Below are positions 30,552-41,131 of a stretch of 64,000 nt of DNA, in pieces (position 1 is the stretch's first letter; the number at the start of each line of letters is the position of its first letter). Below the pieces are notes generated by a model. The model was not told the DNA's origin. It saw only the letters and a program-made list of their open reading frames with translations, and searched no databases. The translations under genes and the position numbers were made by a program. Location: positions 320,001-384,000 of the forward strand of contig OY969585.1 of assembly GCA_963701295.1 (NCBI GenBank). Reading direction: 5' to 3'. The stretch is from Ignavibacteriota bacterium. Lineage in GTDB: Bacteria; Bacteroidota; Ignavibacteria; UBA10030.

Positions 30552-31121
30552 TCACGTCCTTGGATGTGTGGGTGGAACAATAGCTGTCAGAATCAACACC
30601 GTCGTTTGACCGAACGGTTTTTTGAGAATCTCATACTTTTGTTCATCTAATTCTATTATAGATTCGCGGCTGTGTTCCATCACGACGTAGGAAGCATGAC
30701 GTACCGCGCCGGAATCATAAATAGCATTCGGCAGCAATCTGATGTTTTCCAATTTATACGGTGGATCCACAAAGACGAGATCATACGCCCGCTTCATATT
30801 CTTCAGATACCAAAACACATCCGCTTGATATACTGAACATTGAGACTTGCATCCGAGCGATGCAGCATTTTTTTCAAGCACCTCCAGCGACTTTCTTGAT
30901 TTGTCGATGAACGTGACACTCTTAGCACCGCGGCTAATCGCTTCCAAACCGAGGCTGCCGCTGCCGGCAAATAAATCAAGCACTTCTAGGCCATCAAAAA
31001 CGATACGGTTGGTGAGAATGTCAAAGATCGTTTGCTTTGCGCGATCCATTGTCGGACGAACTGATAAATCCTCTACCGACTCAAGTAAGCGGCCGCGAAA
31101 GTCACCAGCGATAATTCTCAT
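30552..31121 (-). CDS. rsmD: 16S rRNA m2G966 methyltransferase
   Basis: MRIIAG, RPT, LDLFAGSG.LGLEAISRGA, DPPY. Confidence 0.92.
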   Translation of the reverse strand: MRIIAGDFRGRLLESVEDLSVRPTMDRAKQTIFDILTNRIVFDGLEVLDLFAGSGSLGLEAISRGAKSVTFIDKSRKSLEVLEKNAASLGCKSQCSVYQADVFWYLKNMKRAYDLVFVDPPYKLENIRLLPNAIYDSGAVRHASYVVMEHSRESIIELDEQKYEILKKPFGQTTVLILTAIVPPTHPRT

Positions 31122-32038
31122 TTCGTGCGCAGCGCCAGGCCAATCGCCGCAGAGAATCGGTACCCATCTTTTATGAACGAAGGATTGAGATTTTTTATGG
31201 CAACAAGTTTGCGAAATGGATTAAGGGCCAATGTTTGTTTAATACCTGTTGTCGTCCGGAGCGACACGACTAAACTTTTTGTAACATCGACCCCATGCAA
31301 AAGCAAGGCTTCTGGTATGCAATTATCTTTTTGCTTCAGATATTTTAAGTATTCCAAAATGTATTTATCCGGATATGGTTCACCGTTATAAAGGAGCGAT
31401 CGATAATCTGTCATCTGCCCGTTATGAATGAGGCTTGCCTCAATACCGTTTTTACAAAGCCCAATGAGTGCAATATCGTGTTCAAGTATTTCAGGGTAGT
31501 TTGTGATGAGAGTCTTTTCCGTGCTGAATTGATCAATATCGATAATGTTCAGTTTCATCTTCAGTCCGACCACTGTTTTCTGCAAGAAAGCAACCAATCC
31601 GCGCCGGACTGCAACCATAAATGTTTGCTGAGCTTCGGTGTTTTCGAGCGGCAATCCATGTGAGTCGATAATAAATTCTCTTGGTGATGTATGCGGAAAA
31701 TATTGATCAACTTCCCACTGTAGATATTGAGAGAGATCCTTGCCGGTCAGGCCGGGTTCCACAGGAATGATATTAATAAAAAGCGGATCAGGCGGCAGCG
31801 CAAACGAAATATATTCCGTCGAGACCTTATGCTGCTTCATCATTTCTCTCAACTCTCTCACAAACATACTCAATTGCGGGTGATCTGCCGAAATGGTTGT
31901 ACCTGTGTTTGCAAAATCTATGGTCGTATCGCGTTCAGCCAATACGGTGACGATTGATTTTTTCTTTTTATGCTCAACCTCGGCTAATTGGATTTTTCCT
32001 CTGAGGAACGAAACGCCGACAAAATAAGTTGATTTCAT
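31118..32038 (-). CDS. PilM-like (actin-fold) protein
   Basis: LQWEVDQYFP, MVAVRR, IIDIDQFS, NPF, AAIGLALR tail. Confidence 0.65.
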   Translation of the reverse strand: MKSTYFVGVSFLRGKIQLAEVEHKKKKSIVTVLAERDTTIDFANTGTTISADHPQLSMFVRELREMMKQHKVSTEYISFALPPDPLFINIIPVEPGLTGKDLSQYLQWEVDQYFPHTSPREFIIDSHGLPLENTEAQQTFMVAVRRGLVAFLQKTVVGLKMKLNIIDIDQFSTEKTLITNYPEILEHDIALIGLCKNGIEASLIHNGQMTDYRSLLYNGEPYPDKYILEYLKYLKQKDNCIPEALLLHGVDVTKSLVVSLRTTTGIKQTLALNPFRKLVAIKNLNPSFIKDGYRFSAAIGLALRTK

Positions 32039-32064
32039 GTGTGGAATCTCTCGATGGGTGGTGG

Positions 32065-32493
32065 CTATTGAGTTGTGATTATAGGACTGAGACGTTCCAA
32101 TTTATTTTTACTTATTCCTTTAATAGCGCGAAGGTCTTCGATTGTGGTAAACCTTCCTGTCTCTTTGCGATACTTCAGAATGCGTTCCGCTGTCACTTCA
32201 CCGATTCCCGGTAAATCCATCAATTGCTGTTCTGTGGCTGTATTGATATTAAGCTTTCCAGATTCTTTTCCGGTTCTCATGCTTGTCGGGACAACATTCA
32301 CACTGTCTTCCGGTGCCGCGCTGAGCGCGGCAAACGTGCTATCTGATGTTCGATAATCAAACTGCGGTAAAGCCGGAAATGTTGCCTGATATAAACGAAT
32401 AACCGCACCAAGCATCATCGTTGTAACCAAAAACAGGATTACATTCCGTTCAGTTTTTGTTAATGCCAGCCATTCCACAATACGCTTCAACAT
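32065..32493 (-). CDS. comEA: ComEA-family helix-hairpin-helix DNA-binding protein
   Basis: N-terminal TM; LNINTA...LPGIG...A.RI..YR...F..IEDL..IKGI. Confidence 0.8.
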   Translation of the reverse strand: MLKRIVEWLALTKTERNVILFLVTTMMLGAVIRLYQATFPALPQFDYRTSDSTFAALSAAPEDSVNVVPTSMRTGKESGKLNINTATEQQLMDLPGIGEVTAERILKYRKETGRFTTIEDLRAIKGISKNKLERLSPIITTQ

Positions 32494-32499
32494 ATCCGA

Positions 32500-33672
32500 T
32501 CAAGAAAAAACGTCTTTCACCTTATCGAAAAAAGACCGGTCGGTGTTGAGGCGATCCTCTTCGCTCGGGTTCACATGCTCACACGTCGAAAGGCTGCGCA
32601 ACAATTCTTTTTCTTTCGCATTGAGTTTTGCAGGCACCCATACATTCACACGCACGAGTTCATCACCGCGGCCGTAGTTATTCAAATGTGGAATACCACG
32701 CTCGCGCATTCGAAGCATTCGGCCCCCTGGCGTTCCTGGATCAACGGCAAGCTTTGCTTTTCCTGTAAGCGTTGGAATTTCTACGTCCCCGCCAAGCGCT
32801 GCTGTCGGATAACTGATCCATAATTCATAAATGATATCATCACCATTGCGCTTGAAATGCTGATGCGGTTCTTCTTCGATAACAACAATGAGATCACCGG
32901 CGGGACCGCCCCGACGCCCAGCATTCCCTTGACCCTGAAGAGGAATATAGTTTCCTTCTGTCACACCGGCGGGCACGTTCACTTTAATAGTCGATTCACC
33001 TTGTACGCGTCCTTCACCATGACAGCTTAAACACGGATCTTTCACAATGCGCCCTTCGCCTTCGCAGGAAGGACACGTCGTGATATTCACAAATTGACCG
33101 AACATAGAACGCGATACTTGCCGCAATTCACCGCTACCGCCGCATTGAGGGCAGGCAGATTTGCCGCTGGTGGATTTTGCTCCGCTTCCACTGCATATAT
33201 CACATTTTTTCTGACGTTTCACCTTAATCTTCTTTTCAACACCGCTAGCGATTTCTTCCAATGTCAAAGAAAGGCGAACACGCAAGTCTGAACCTGCTTG
33301 CCCATGTTGTGCAGAAGAACGCCGCCGAGATCGCTGACCACCTGTGAACATTTCCTCGAAAATCGAGCCGCCAAAGCCGCCTGAAAAAACATCACTAAAG
33401 GTGCTAAAAATATCATTAATGTCATGGAAGTCACGGTAATTCGTGCCGCGCAGTCCTTCATGACCGTACTGATCATAACGCTGTTTTTTTTCAGGGTCGC
33501 CTAGTACTTCGTATGCTTCTGCCGCTTCCTTGAATTTTTCTTCTGCCTCTTTATTTCCGGCATTACGGTCAGGGTGGTACTTCATAGCCATCTGCCGATA
33601 CGCTTTTTTTACTTCCTCCGGTGTTGCATTTCGATCAACTCCTAATATTTCGTAAAAATCTCTTTTCGCCAT
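32500..33672 (-). CDS. dnaJ: Chaperone DnaJ
   Basis: J domain with HPD, G/F region, four CxxCxGxG repeats. Confidence 0.97.
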   Translation of the reverse strand: MAKRDFYEILGVDRNATPEEVKKAYRQMAMKYHPDRNAGNKEAEEKFKEAAEAYEVLGDPEKKQRYDQYGHEGLRGTNYRDFHDINDIFSTFSDVFSGGFGGSIFEEMFTGGQRSRRRSSAQHGQAGSDLRVRLSLTLEEIASGVEKKIKVKRQKKCDICSGSGAKSTSGKSACPQCGGSGELRQVSRSMFGQFVNITTCPSCEGEGRIVKDPCLSCHGEGRVQGESTIKVNVPAGVTEGNYIPLQGQGNAGRRGGPAGDLIVVIEEEPHQHFKRNGDDIIYELWISYPTAALGGDVEIPTLTGKAKLAVDPGTPGGRMLRMRERGIPHLNNYGRGDELVRVNVWVPAKLNAKEKELLRSLSTCEHVNPSEEDRLNTDRSFFDKVKDVFS

Positions 33673-33681
33673 AGCTTTTAC

Positions 33682-34284
33682 TTATTTCTTAAAAGTGCCG
33701 GTTGATGTTTCAGTTCCTTTTGGCGCTTCATCTAGAGTGGACGAAACGACCACCTTTGCATGTCGAATAACTTTATCGTTCAATGTATATCCCTTTTCAA
33801 CTTCTTCAAGAATTGTATAATGCGGTACATCGCTGCGTGGAATTTGCATCAGTGCGTCATGATACTCGACATTAAATTCTTTTCCCACCGTATCGAATGC
33901 CTTGACACCGCGCCCTTCCAGTACCTTCACGAGTTTTTGATAAATCAGCTCAATGCCTTTTATGAGTGCATCATTGTCTTTGCTTTCTCTCCTATGCTTC
34001 AATGAACGTTCAAAATCATCAAGCACCGGCAGCAAATCCTCCACCAATGATTCTGTTGCGTATTTGAGAATGTTTGTTGTTTCATTTTCGATGCGGCGTT
34101 TATAGTTATCGAATTCTGCTGCCTTCCGCAGCAATAAATCTTTATACTGGTCAACTTGCTTCTGAAGCTCTTCCATCTGGAGAGCTGATTCTGTTGCCTC
34201 CGGTAATTCAGGCGGAATACTTACCTCTGGTTTTAATTCTTCTCCAGTTCTGTTGTTATTATTTTCCAATTCTTTTTCTGCCAT
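33682..34284 (-). CDS. grpE: Nucleotide exchange factor GrpE
   Basis: AEFDNYKRR, LLPVLDDFER, KGY...VIRHAKVVVS. Confidence 0.95.
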   Translation of the reverse strand: MAEKELENNNNRTGEELKPEVSIPPELPEATESALQMEELQKQVDQYKDLLLRKAAEFDNYKRRIENETTNILKYATESLVEDLLPVLDDFERSLKHRRESKDNDALIKGIELIYQKLVKVLEGRGVKAFDTVGKEFNVEYHDALMQIPRSDVPHYTILEEVEKGYTLNDKVIRHAKVVVSSTLDEAPKGTETSTGTFKK

Positions 34285-34330
34285 AATTCAGTGATAATAA
34301 TTGTAAGATGAAACGTATAATAAATTTTTC

Positions 34331-35380
34331 TTAAGCACTTAACATTTTTGCAATCGTTTGGGCAACATAATCTACCAAGGGAATAACTTTGCTGTAATTC
34401 ATGCGCGTCGGACCGATGATACCGACACGTCCTGTTACTCCTTCTACGTCATATGTCCCAGTGACAAAGCTGTATTCTTTTGTTGTCTCGTCTTTATTCT
34501 CTGTTCCAATCGTTACCACAAAACCTTTTTGAAGTTCGTCATGCTTTTCAAGAAGGTGAACAATAATATCTTCGTTTTCGATCAGCTCGATTACGGAACG
34601 AAAATTTTTTGGGTCGATGAATTCCGGATGTTCAATGATATTCTTTGTACCACCGATCAGGACTTTGTCGCGTTCTTTAGAATCTGTGAACAGTTGATCG
34701 ACTGATTCGATAAAGAGGCGTATCAGTCCGGTCCGTTCACTCTGCATGTCCCGAACCCGGTCTACAAATGAATCACGAATTTCATTCAGTGTTAATCCTG
34801 ATAACCGTTCATTCAATAAACGACCGATCTGATCAAGATGATCCCTCCGGACTTCAACTCCTACCTCCATCATAATCGTACGCACTATTCCCGTACGAAT
34901 GGAAATCACGACGAGCAGTTTGGAACTCGCTATAGGAATAAGTTCGATCTTTTCAAATATACCGCTGCTGAGATGTGGCGAAGTTACAATACTGAGTTGA
35001 TGCGAGATCTTTCCGAGAAGTTTCGAGGTCTCGCGGAGCATCTCATCGGCATCGTTTGTTTGATCTAGTTGTTGATGAATCCGCAATTTTTCATCATCGC
35101 CAAGTTGCTGCATTTCCATCAGATAATCAATATAAAATCTGTACCCCAGGTCGGTTGGTACCCTACCTGCCGATGTATGTGGATGAGACAAAAAACCCAG
35201 CTCTTCTAGGTCCGCCATAACATTACGGATAGATGCAGCGCTCAAGCTGGATTCAAAATGCTTGGAGATATATCGCGAACCCACTGGAATAGCCGTTTGA
35301 ATGTAGTTATGCACTACATGGTGCAGAATGCTTTGTTCACGTTCATTTAACGTTTGGTTCTTATCGGTCACTTCTCCCAT
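34331..35380 (-). CDS. hrcA: Heat-inducible repressor HrcA
   Basis: PVGS, SAASIRNVM, PHTSAGRVPT, IGPTRMNY. Confidence 0.96.
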   Translation of the reverse strand: MGEVTDKNQTLNEREQSILHHVVHNYIQTAIPVGSRYISKHFESSLSAASIRNVMADLEELGFLSHPHTSAGRVPTDLGYRFYIDYLMEMQQLGDDEKLRIHQQLDQTNDADEMLRETSKLLGKISHQLSIVTSPHLSSGIFEKIELIPIASSKLLVVISIRTGIVRTIMMEVGVEVRRDHLDQIGRLLNERLSGLTLNEIRDSFVDRVRDMQSERTGLIRLFIESVDQLFTDSKERDKVLIGGTKNIIEHPEFIDPKNFRSVIELIENEDIIVHLLEKHDELQKGFVVTIGTENKDETTKEYSFVTGTYDVEGVTGRVGIIGPTRMNYSKVIPLVDYVAQTIAKMLSA

Positions 35381-35403
35381 ACGACATCTTTATCTCCAAT
35401 ACA

Positions 35404-35432
35404 AAATTAACCATTAAACGCTCCGTTGTCAA
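35404..35432 (-). promoter_or_regulatory. Sigma70-type promoter of hrcA
   Basis: TTGACA (35432-35427), 17-bp spacer, TAATTT (35409-35404). Confidence 0.65.
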
Positions 35433-35434
35433 GG

Positions 35435-35461
35435 TAAGCACTCAATGAGTACGAGTGCTCA
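35435..35461. promoter_or_regulatory. CIRCE operator
   Basis: TAAGCACTC-N9-GAGTGCTCA versus consensus TTAGCACTC-N9-GAGTGCTAA, upstream of hrcA. Confidence 0.9.
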
Positions 35462-35542
35462 GAAACATGTATCTAATTCTCAAAACGCCATAATGTGTGG
35501 AAAATTGCATCGCCCCACATTTCTTCTTATCTTATCGCCGGC

Positions 35543-36661
35543 ATGGAAGCAAAACTCATTCTCGAAAACGGCACGATCTTCACAGGCGAGTCATTCGGTG
35601 CAGGCAATGAGACAACCGGTGAAGTTGTATTCAATACGAGCATTACCGGTTATCAAGAAATCCTTACTGATCCTTCCTACAGCGGACAAATCGTAACAAT
35701 GACCTATCCGCTCATTGGTAACTATGGTGTTAATATCGACGATCTTGAATCAGTCAAACCGCAAGTTGCAGGGTTTATTGTGAAGGAATATAGCGCTTTC
35801 CCGAGCAATTTCCGCTCGACAGAAAGTCTTGGTGATTGGTTAGCAAAACATAACATTACCGGCATTCAAGGTATCGACACACGGATGTTGACGAAAATGA
35901 TCCGCTCTGTAGGAGCAATGCGTGGAATAATTTCTACAAAAGATTTAGATGACAAGAGCCTGCTTGCTAAAGTAAAAAAATCGCCGCACATGGCTGGACT
36001 CGACCTCGCAAGCCGTGTCACCACAGACAAATTGTATACGTGGAATAAAATCGATACCACACCATTCGCACTTTCAGTAATAAATTCCAGAGCCAAGAAG
36101 TGGAACGTCGTTGTCTATGATTATGGTATCAAACAAAACATTCTTCGGCGATTGACTTCCTACGGATGCAACCTCACTGTTTTACCTGCACAGACTCCCG
36201 CAGATGAATTATTGAAGATGAATCCAGACGGCATATTCCTTTCTAATGGTCCCGGCGATCCGGCAGCGGTAGCATATGCCATTGAGAATATCAAGAAACT
36301 CATTGGCAAGAAACCCATCTTCGGAATTTGTCTTGGCCACCAATTGCTGGCGTTAGCTTTGGGAGGAAAAACATTCAAGTTGAAGTTCGGACACCGCGGC
36401 GGCAACCATCCGGTGAAAAATTTGAAGACAGGTTCAGTTGAAATTACATCACAGAATCATGGTTTTGCAGTCGATCCTAATTCACTAGATGCTAAATCAA
36501 TTGAAATCACGCACACCAATTTGAATGACCACACAAACGAAGGTTTCCGCCACCGATCGTTACCTCTCTTTAGTGTTCAATACCACCCCGAGGCTTCTCC
36601 CGGACCCCACGACAGCGATTACCTCTTCGCGCAGTTTATGGAGATGATGGAAAAACAGTAG
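35543..36661 (+). CDS. carA: Carbamoyl-phosphate synthase small subunit
   Basis: [39 protein letters not shown]. Confidence 0.97.
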   Translation: MEAKLILENGTIFTGESFGAGNETTGEVVFNTSITGYQEILTDPSYSGQIVTMTYPLIGNYGVNIDDLESVKPQVAGFIVKEYSAFPSNFRSTESLGDWLAKHNITGIQGIDTRMLTKMIRSVGAMRGIISTKDLDDKSLLAKVKKSPHMAGLDLASRVTTDKLYTWNKIDTTPFALSVINSRAKKWNVVVYDYGIKQNILRRLTSYGCNLTVLPAQTPADELLKMNPDGIFLSNGPGDPAAVAYAIENIKKLIGKKPIFGICLGHQLLALALGGKTFKLKFGHRGGNHPVKNLKTGSVEITSQNHGFAVDPNSLDAKSIEITHTNLNDHTNEGFRHRSLPLFSVQYHPEASPGPHDSDYLFAQFMEMMEKQ

Positions 36662-36751
36662 CACAATCCAGTTTTGGGTAGCGTTAAGTGTTTCCTCCTG
36701 ACATAGGTTGAGCGCAGAGGAGAATGAATCTGGAGGAGACTAATTCCCTTT

Positions 36752-37150
36752 TTATTTCGGTCTTTCCAGTAATTTCAATTTTGATTCTATAATCATCAGT
36801 ATTACCATGATCCCGCCAAAAGACAACATGACATACTTTATGAATGCATTTTCAATAATAGAATTCTTTAGTTTCTCAGCATGAAAGAGTATCTCATGTG
36901 GCATACCGATCAATCGAAAAGCCAATTCAAAGATATTCAGGTCGAAAAGCCACAGTATAAGGAAGATGAGCGTATCAACTGCGACAAAGATGAGAAAACT
37001 CAGAAGAATATTTTCCAGAATGCTCCGCTTGCGGCTTTCATGCAGAATTTTCTTCATCGTCGTATCGTTGAAATCCGGATCGGTTACTTCCAGATAACTA
37101 CTCTTCAGGATATCTTTTGTGAGCTTGTCTATATTTAAATTCTTCATCAT
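36752..37150 (-). CDS. Putative membrane anti-sigma factor
   Basis: Overlaps the ECF sigma stop; DFNDTTMKKI motif followed by TMs. Confidence 0.6.
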   Translation of the reverse strand: MMKNLNIDKLTKDILKSSYLEVTDPDFNDTTMKKILHESRKRSILENILLSFLIFVAVDTLIFLILWLFDLNIFELAFRLIGMPHEILFHAEKLKNSIIENAFIKYVMLSFGGIMVILMIIESKLKLLERPK

Positions 37151-37710
37151 AGGATAGATTGAATTTCCGACTTCAGGTTTTTATTTAAAATTTTATACAT
37201 TTTATTTCTTGCCCTGTGTAATTTCATTTTTACGTTATCCTGAGTCATGCTCGTTATTTCCATAATTTCGTCAATGGAATTCTCGCTTAAATAATACAGC
37301 GTTAGAAGCAACCGGTCTTCGACGCTCAATTCTTCCAGCGCATGATGGATGAACTTTTTCTGATCCGACAAATCCAGACTGCGGTACGCCAATTCCACGC
37401 TTTCTATAACGACATTGGCAATATCATCCTCATCTATACTGCTTAACTCCGGTCTTTTACTCCTTGTTCTCGATAATGAGCTGTTAACCACAATCCTATA
37501 AAACCATGTAGAGAATTTCGAGTCCTTCCTGAATTTTTCAAGCGACCTGAACGCTTTCAGAAATGCATCTTGGACAATTTCTTCTGCATCCTCTCTGTTA
37601 TCAACAATTCGAAACGCAATGGAGAAAGCCATATCTTTATATTTCTCAATGAAATAAGAAAATTTAGATGTGTTTCCTTCAAGAACAAGTTTCAGGTATA
37701 GATTGTCCAT
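37147..37710 (-). CDS. ECF sigma factor
   Basis: DAEEIVQDAF, KFSTWFYRI, VKMKLHRAR; likely start MDNLYL at 37710. Confidence 0.92.
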   Translation of the reverse strand: MDNLYLKLVLEGNTSKFSYFIEKYKDMAFSIAFRIVDNREDAEEIVQDAFLKAFRSLEKFRKDSKFSTWFYRIVVNSSLSRTRSKRPELSSIDEDDIANVVIESVELAYRSLDLSDQKKFIHHALEELSVEDRLLLTLYYLSENSIDEIMEITSMTQDNVKMKLHRARNKMYKILNKNLKSEIQSIL

Positions 37711-37712
37711 TG

Positions 37713-38084
37713 CTACTGGGAAGATTTCGTCTCGGTTTTCTTTCTGTACACATAATAGCCAATTAATCCGAGACCACCAAAGAGAAGTGCCATAATCGGC
37801 ATTATAATTTCTTGTCTCATTGGAGTATAAACGGAGAGAATGTACCCCAAAAGCAATCCAAATCCGATTCCGCCTATTAACATTCCCCACATGAGAACTT
37901 TATGGAACGTGGTTTCTTCTTTTATAAAAATTGAAGCATCTATTCCCTTTTCAATCAAAGCCATTCTCTCCTTATGTTTGGCTTTCCGGCTAAAGTAATA
38001 AATTAGTACAATTAAGGCGGGCGGCGCTCCAAAAATAAGAAGAATGGCTAACATTCCTGTTAATATTCCGAGTACGTCTTGCAT
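37713..38084 (-). CDS. DUF6249-like membrane protein
   Basis: RKAKHKERMALIEKG motif, TMs, GGAG SD. Confidence 0.8.
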   Translation of the reverse strand: MQDVLGILTGMLAILLIFGAPPALIVLIYYFSRKAKHKERMALIEKGIDASIFIKEETTFHKVLMWGMLIGGIGFGLLLGYILSVYTPMRQEIIMPIMALLFGGLGLIGYYVYRKKTETKSSQ

Positions 38085-38276
38085 TTTTATTCTCCTATCA
38101 TATGTTTTTGTGTGTTATTTAGTATTCCGTTCATATAAGATATGACTACAAGAAATGAATTTAGGTAACAGGATTGAGCAAAAAATTTTAATAAATAATT
38201 GAGAGTTTTTTTAACCAACCACAATAATTCGCCTAATTGATAGGGAATTCATTTTGAATGAGCCTGAACAGCGGCT

Positions 38277-39254
38277 CTAAAGGTTGTAAACCTCCGGATT
38301 GACAATATTTGGCAATCTCACACCTCGCAAGCCATGAATAATATTCTCTGCCGATAAACGCGCCATTGCAGTCCGCGCTTCTATCGTCGATGATCCGATG
38401 TGCGGCAGCACCGCCACAGTTTCCATTGAGAGAAGGGGATTCGTAGGTTTCATGGGTTCCGGATTTGTCACGTCGAGACCGGCGCCCCAAATAACTCGCT
38501 CGTTGAGAGCATCGATAAGATCTTTCTCGTTATGTATCAATCCCCGCGCCGTGTTGATAAATATTGCTGTTCGTTTCATTTCATGAAATGCCGTTTTATT
38601 GAATAGTTCTTTTGTCGCTTCGTTCAACGAACAATGAACCGATAACACATCGCTTTGCGCTAACAACTCATCAAATTCCACTTTGTGAGCCAGCAGGAGT
38701 TCTTCGGCAAAAGGATTTCTAGAGCGATTGCAATATATGACATTCATTTGATAAGCGCCTTTGCAGCGTTTTGCCATTTCTACACCAATCCGTCCAAGGC
38801 CGAATACACCTAAAGTTTTATTCTTCAACTCCATCCCAAGATTTGCTTTGGGCCGAAAAAATGTCCACTCTCCTCGAGCAATCGTTTTATGGAGATGAAA
38901 CGCTTTTCGCGATGCCGCCAGCATCAACAAAAAGGCAACATCTGCCGTAGCTTCGCTTAAAACATCAGGCGTATTTCCAATAGGTATTCGTAATCGGGTC
39001 GCTTCAGGTACGTCGACGTTATCGTACCCGACAGCATATTGGGCGATTACTTTCAGATGCTTGCATTCGTTCAGGAATTTATTATCGATTTTATCGGAGA
39101 ACATGCACAGCAATGCATCGTGTTGTTTTACATTCTCAATGAGTTCAGGTTGCGTTAACGGTCTATCGACCTGCCAGACTGTAACTTCAAAACCTTCTGC
39201 ACGCAGTAAATCGATTCCTTGGGCTGGAATATCTCGCGAGACAAAGATTTTCAT
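38277..39254 (-). CDS. D-2-hydroxyacid dehydrogenase (glyoxylate reductase/D-glycerate dehydrogenase)
   Basis: VGYDN, NTPDVL, GLGRIG, INTARG, LDV, PHIGS. Confidence 0.92.
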   Translation of the reverse strand: MKIFVSRDIPAQGIDLLRAEGFEVTVWQVDRPLTQPELIENVKQHDALLCMFSDKIDNKFLNECKHLKVIAQYAVGYDNVDVPEATRLRIPIGNTPDVLSEATADVAFLLMLAASRKAFHLHKTIARGEWTFFRPKANLGMELKNKTLGVFGLGRIGVEMAKRCKGAYQMNVIYCNRSRNPFAEELLLAHKVEFDELLAQSDVLSVHCSLNEATKELFNKTAFHEMKRTAIFINTARGLIHNEKDLIDALNERVIWGAGLDVTNPEPMKPTNPLLSMETVAVLPHIGSSTIEARTAMARLSAENIIHGLRGVRLPNIVNPEVYNL

Positions 39255-39345
39255 TTTTCATTCCTATCATTGTTGAAGAGAAAGGGAAAGTGTATAAAAA
39301 AGATGCAGAAAAACTAAAACGCAGGTAATTTCTCAATTGCGGTGT

Positions 39346-40167
39346 TCATTTCGAAAATTGCAAATGCACGATGAACATAATATTAAACAGGTCGGAGAGG
39401 AAAGTCCCGAATTTATACCTAAATGACAATCCTTTCTTCATCCCTTTAAACATTGGGTATTCCTCCAATAATGTTATCCTTTTATCAAACGCCTGAATCT
39501 GCTTGGCCGTCTCAATTCCCCATTTTAGAATTGAACTCTCATCCATTCCTCCTGTTTCGATCACATGCTTATTGGCCACTTTCACGCCTAATGGCGAAGC
39601 TGCATCAAATATTATTTCGCTTGTCGGAAACATATCGGCAAGTCTGCTGAAGAAACTTTTCATTTGACCTTTTTCAAAATAGTAGAAGACCCCAGCCGCT
39701 AAAAACAAAACATTATCTTCAACCTTCACTTGACAAAGCCAACTCTCATCTAAAAATGAACGCGCGATACATGTACTTCTATCAATTTCCCGAATAAGAC
39801 CACTGCGCAACTTGATCACATCCGGCAAATCCAAATCATACCACGTGAGTTTACCATTATCAATGCGACTAAAAGTCGTGTCCAGCCCACAGCCGATATT
39901 GACAATGGTTGCCTTTGGATGTTTTAACAAAAAATGCCTGATGGCTCGATCGATATGAAGACTACGCGCTATCCATGCATATCGGGTTATTTCACTCATA
40001 TTACCCGCTATCGTAGAAAAATCATAATCTATCGTATCAATTATTTCGGCCGCAGTGTTATCTGCCAATAACGGCTTCTGTTTCCGAGTCTCAACCGCAC
40101 GTCCCCATAAAGGGAGAAGAAGAGTTTTTTGAACGCTCCCGAGTTCAATTGCTATTTTTTTTGACAA
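39346..40167 (-). CDS. LCM/TcmP-like SAM-dependent O-methyltransferase (TTG start, no clear SD)
   Basis: TLLLPLWGRA, NIGCGLDT, LDLPDVI. Confidence 0.85.
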   Translation of the reverse strand: MSKKIAIELGSVQKTLLLPLWGRAVETRKQKPLLADNTAAEIIDTIDYDFSTIAGNMSEITRYAWIARSLHIDRAIRHFLLKHPKATIVNIGCGLDTTFSRIDNGKLTWYDLDLPDVIKLRSGLIREIDRSTCIARSFLDESWLCQVKVEDNVLFLAAGVFYYFEKGQMKSFFSRLADMFPTSEIIFDAASPLGVKVANKHVIETGGMDESSILKWGIETAKQIQAFDKRITLLEEYPMFKGMKKGLSFRYKFGTFLSDLFNIMFIVHLQFSK

Positions 40168-40516
40168 ATATATTTTTGTTTATTTGGATGAAAATAGTTT
40201 AGAAGAATGAACGACTCTGGAGACCGATGAACAACTTATCGCGGTTTCAACTCGCATGTCAAACCAACCCGCACCAATTATTATAAAAGGTAATTTAAAT
40301 GAAAACAATACCTTGATCGTTTGTCATTCCACGTCAAAACATTGTGAATAAGAAACCATCATCCGCCAAAGGGATACTGCAAACGTAGAATATGTGAGAC
40401 CGGTGCAGGCTCATATAAAGAAAAGAATTATGTGCTTTATAAAATATTTGCTCTCGGCTTCTTAAAGTTCTTTTATCCCTTCAAATACTTTATGTTTTGG
40501 TTCGAATAGATCCATT

Positions 40517-41131
40517 TTATTTATTTAATCTCTTAAAGATCGCATAGAGGTCGCCATATTTGATGGGCTTTGTGTATGTATTGAGAACGAGTTTCTCTAG
40601 GGACTTGAATATATCCTCCGGATACATATTAATGTTTACTTCTCCGAGAATTCCTTTCATCTCACGCGACGGGTCAACAGAATGCCGCATTGCCAACTCA
40701 CCAAAATCCTGCCCCCGTTCTATCGCTTCATAAACCGAATCAGCTTCTTCTGGAGTAGTACACAATATTTCTGCCAGATTCATAATTTGTAATTTTGCAT
40801 AGCGTATTTTAGTCCGCAGGTGAAACCATGTACTAATCGGCTGGCTCTCTGTGCGGGCAGGAGTAAAACGCCACTGCTTAATTGATGCTATAGCAAGCGA
40901 ATCCCACGAAGCATCGTCGCTGCCTTTGAGAAGCCGGGCTTTACCAACTGATCCGTCTTCCAGTATAAATAACACTACATCTAAATCAAAGGGCGTTCGA
41001 GAGAATGATTCTGGAATCGGAGGAAGCGGGTGCTTCAAGAGCACCTGTGGACCCGATGCATCTGGAATCTGTTTCATCGACGAACAGCCTACAAGGCACA
41101 CAATGCAAAGCAAAAAAATCGTGAGTCTCAT
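40517..41131 (-). CDS. Lipoprotein with TonB C-terminal and parvulin-like domains
   Basis: AGGAGG SD; lipobox LVGC; DGSV...D..AI.SIKQWRFTPA; DFGELAMRHSVDPS...G.LG. Confidence 0.75.
   Translation of the reverse strand: MRLTIFLLCIVCLVGCSSMKQIPDASGPQVLLKHPLPPIPESFSRTPFDLDVVLFILEDGSVGKARLLKGSDDASWDSLAIASIKQWRFTPARTESQPISTWFHLRTKIRYAKLQIMNLAEILCTTPEEADSVYEAIERGQDFGELAMRHSVDPSREMKGILGEVNINMYPEDIFKSLEKLVLNTYTKPIKYGDLYAIFKRLNK

Noticed and set aside
34331-34340. CIRCE half-site-like taagcact at the hrcA 3' end
   Set aside because: Coding sequence with no second arm at N9 spacing
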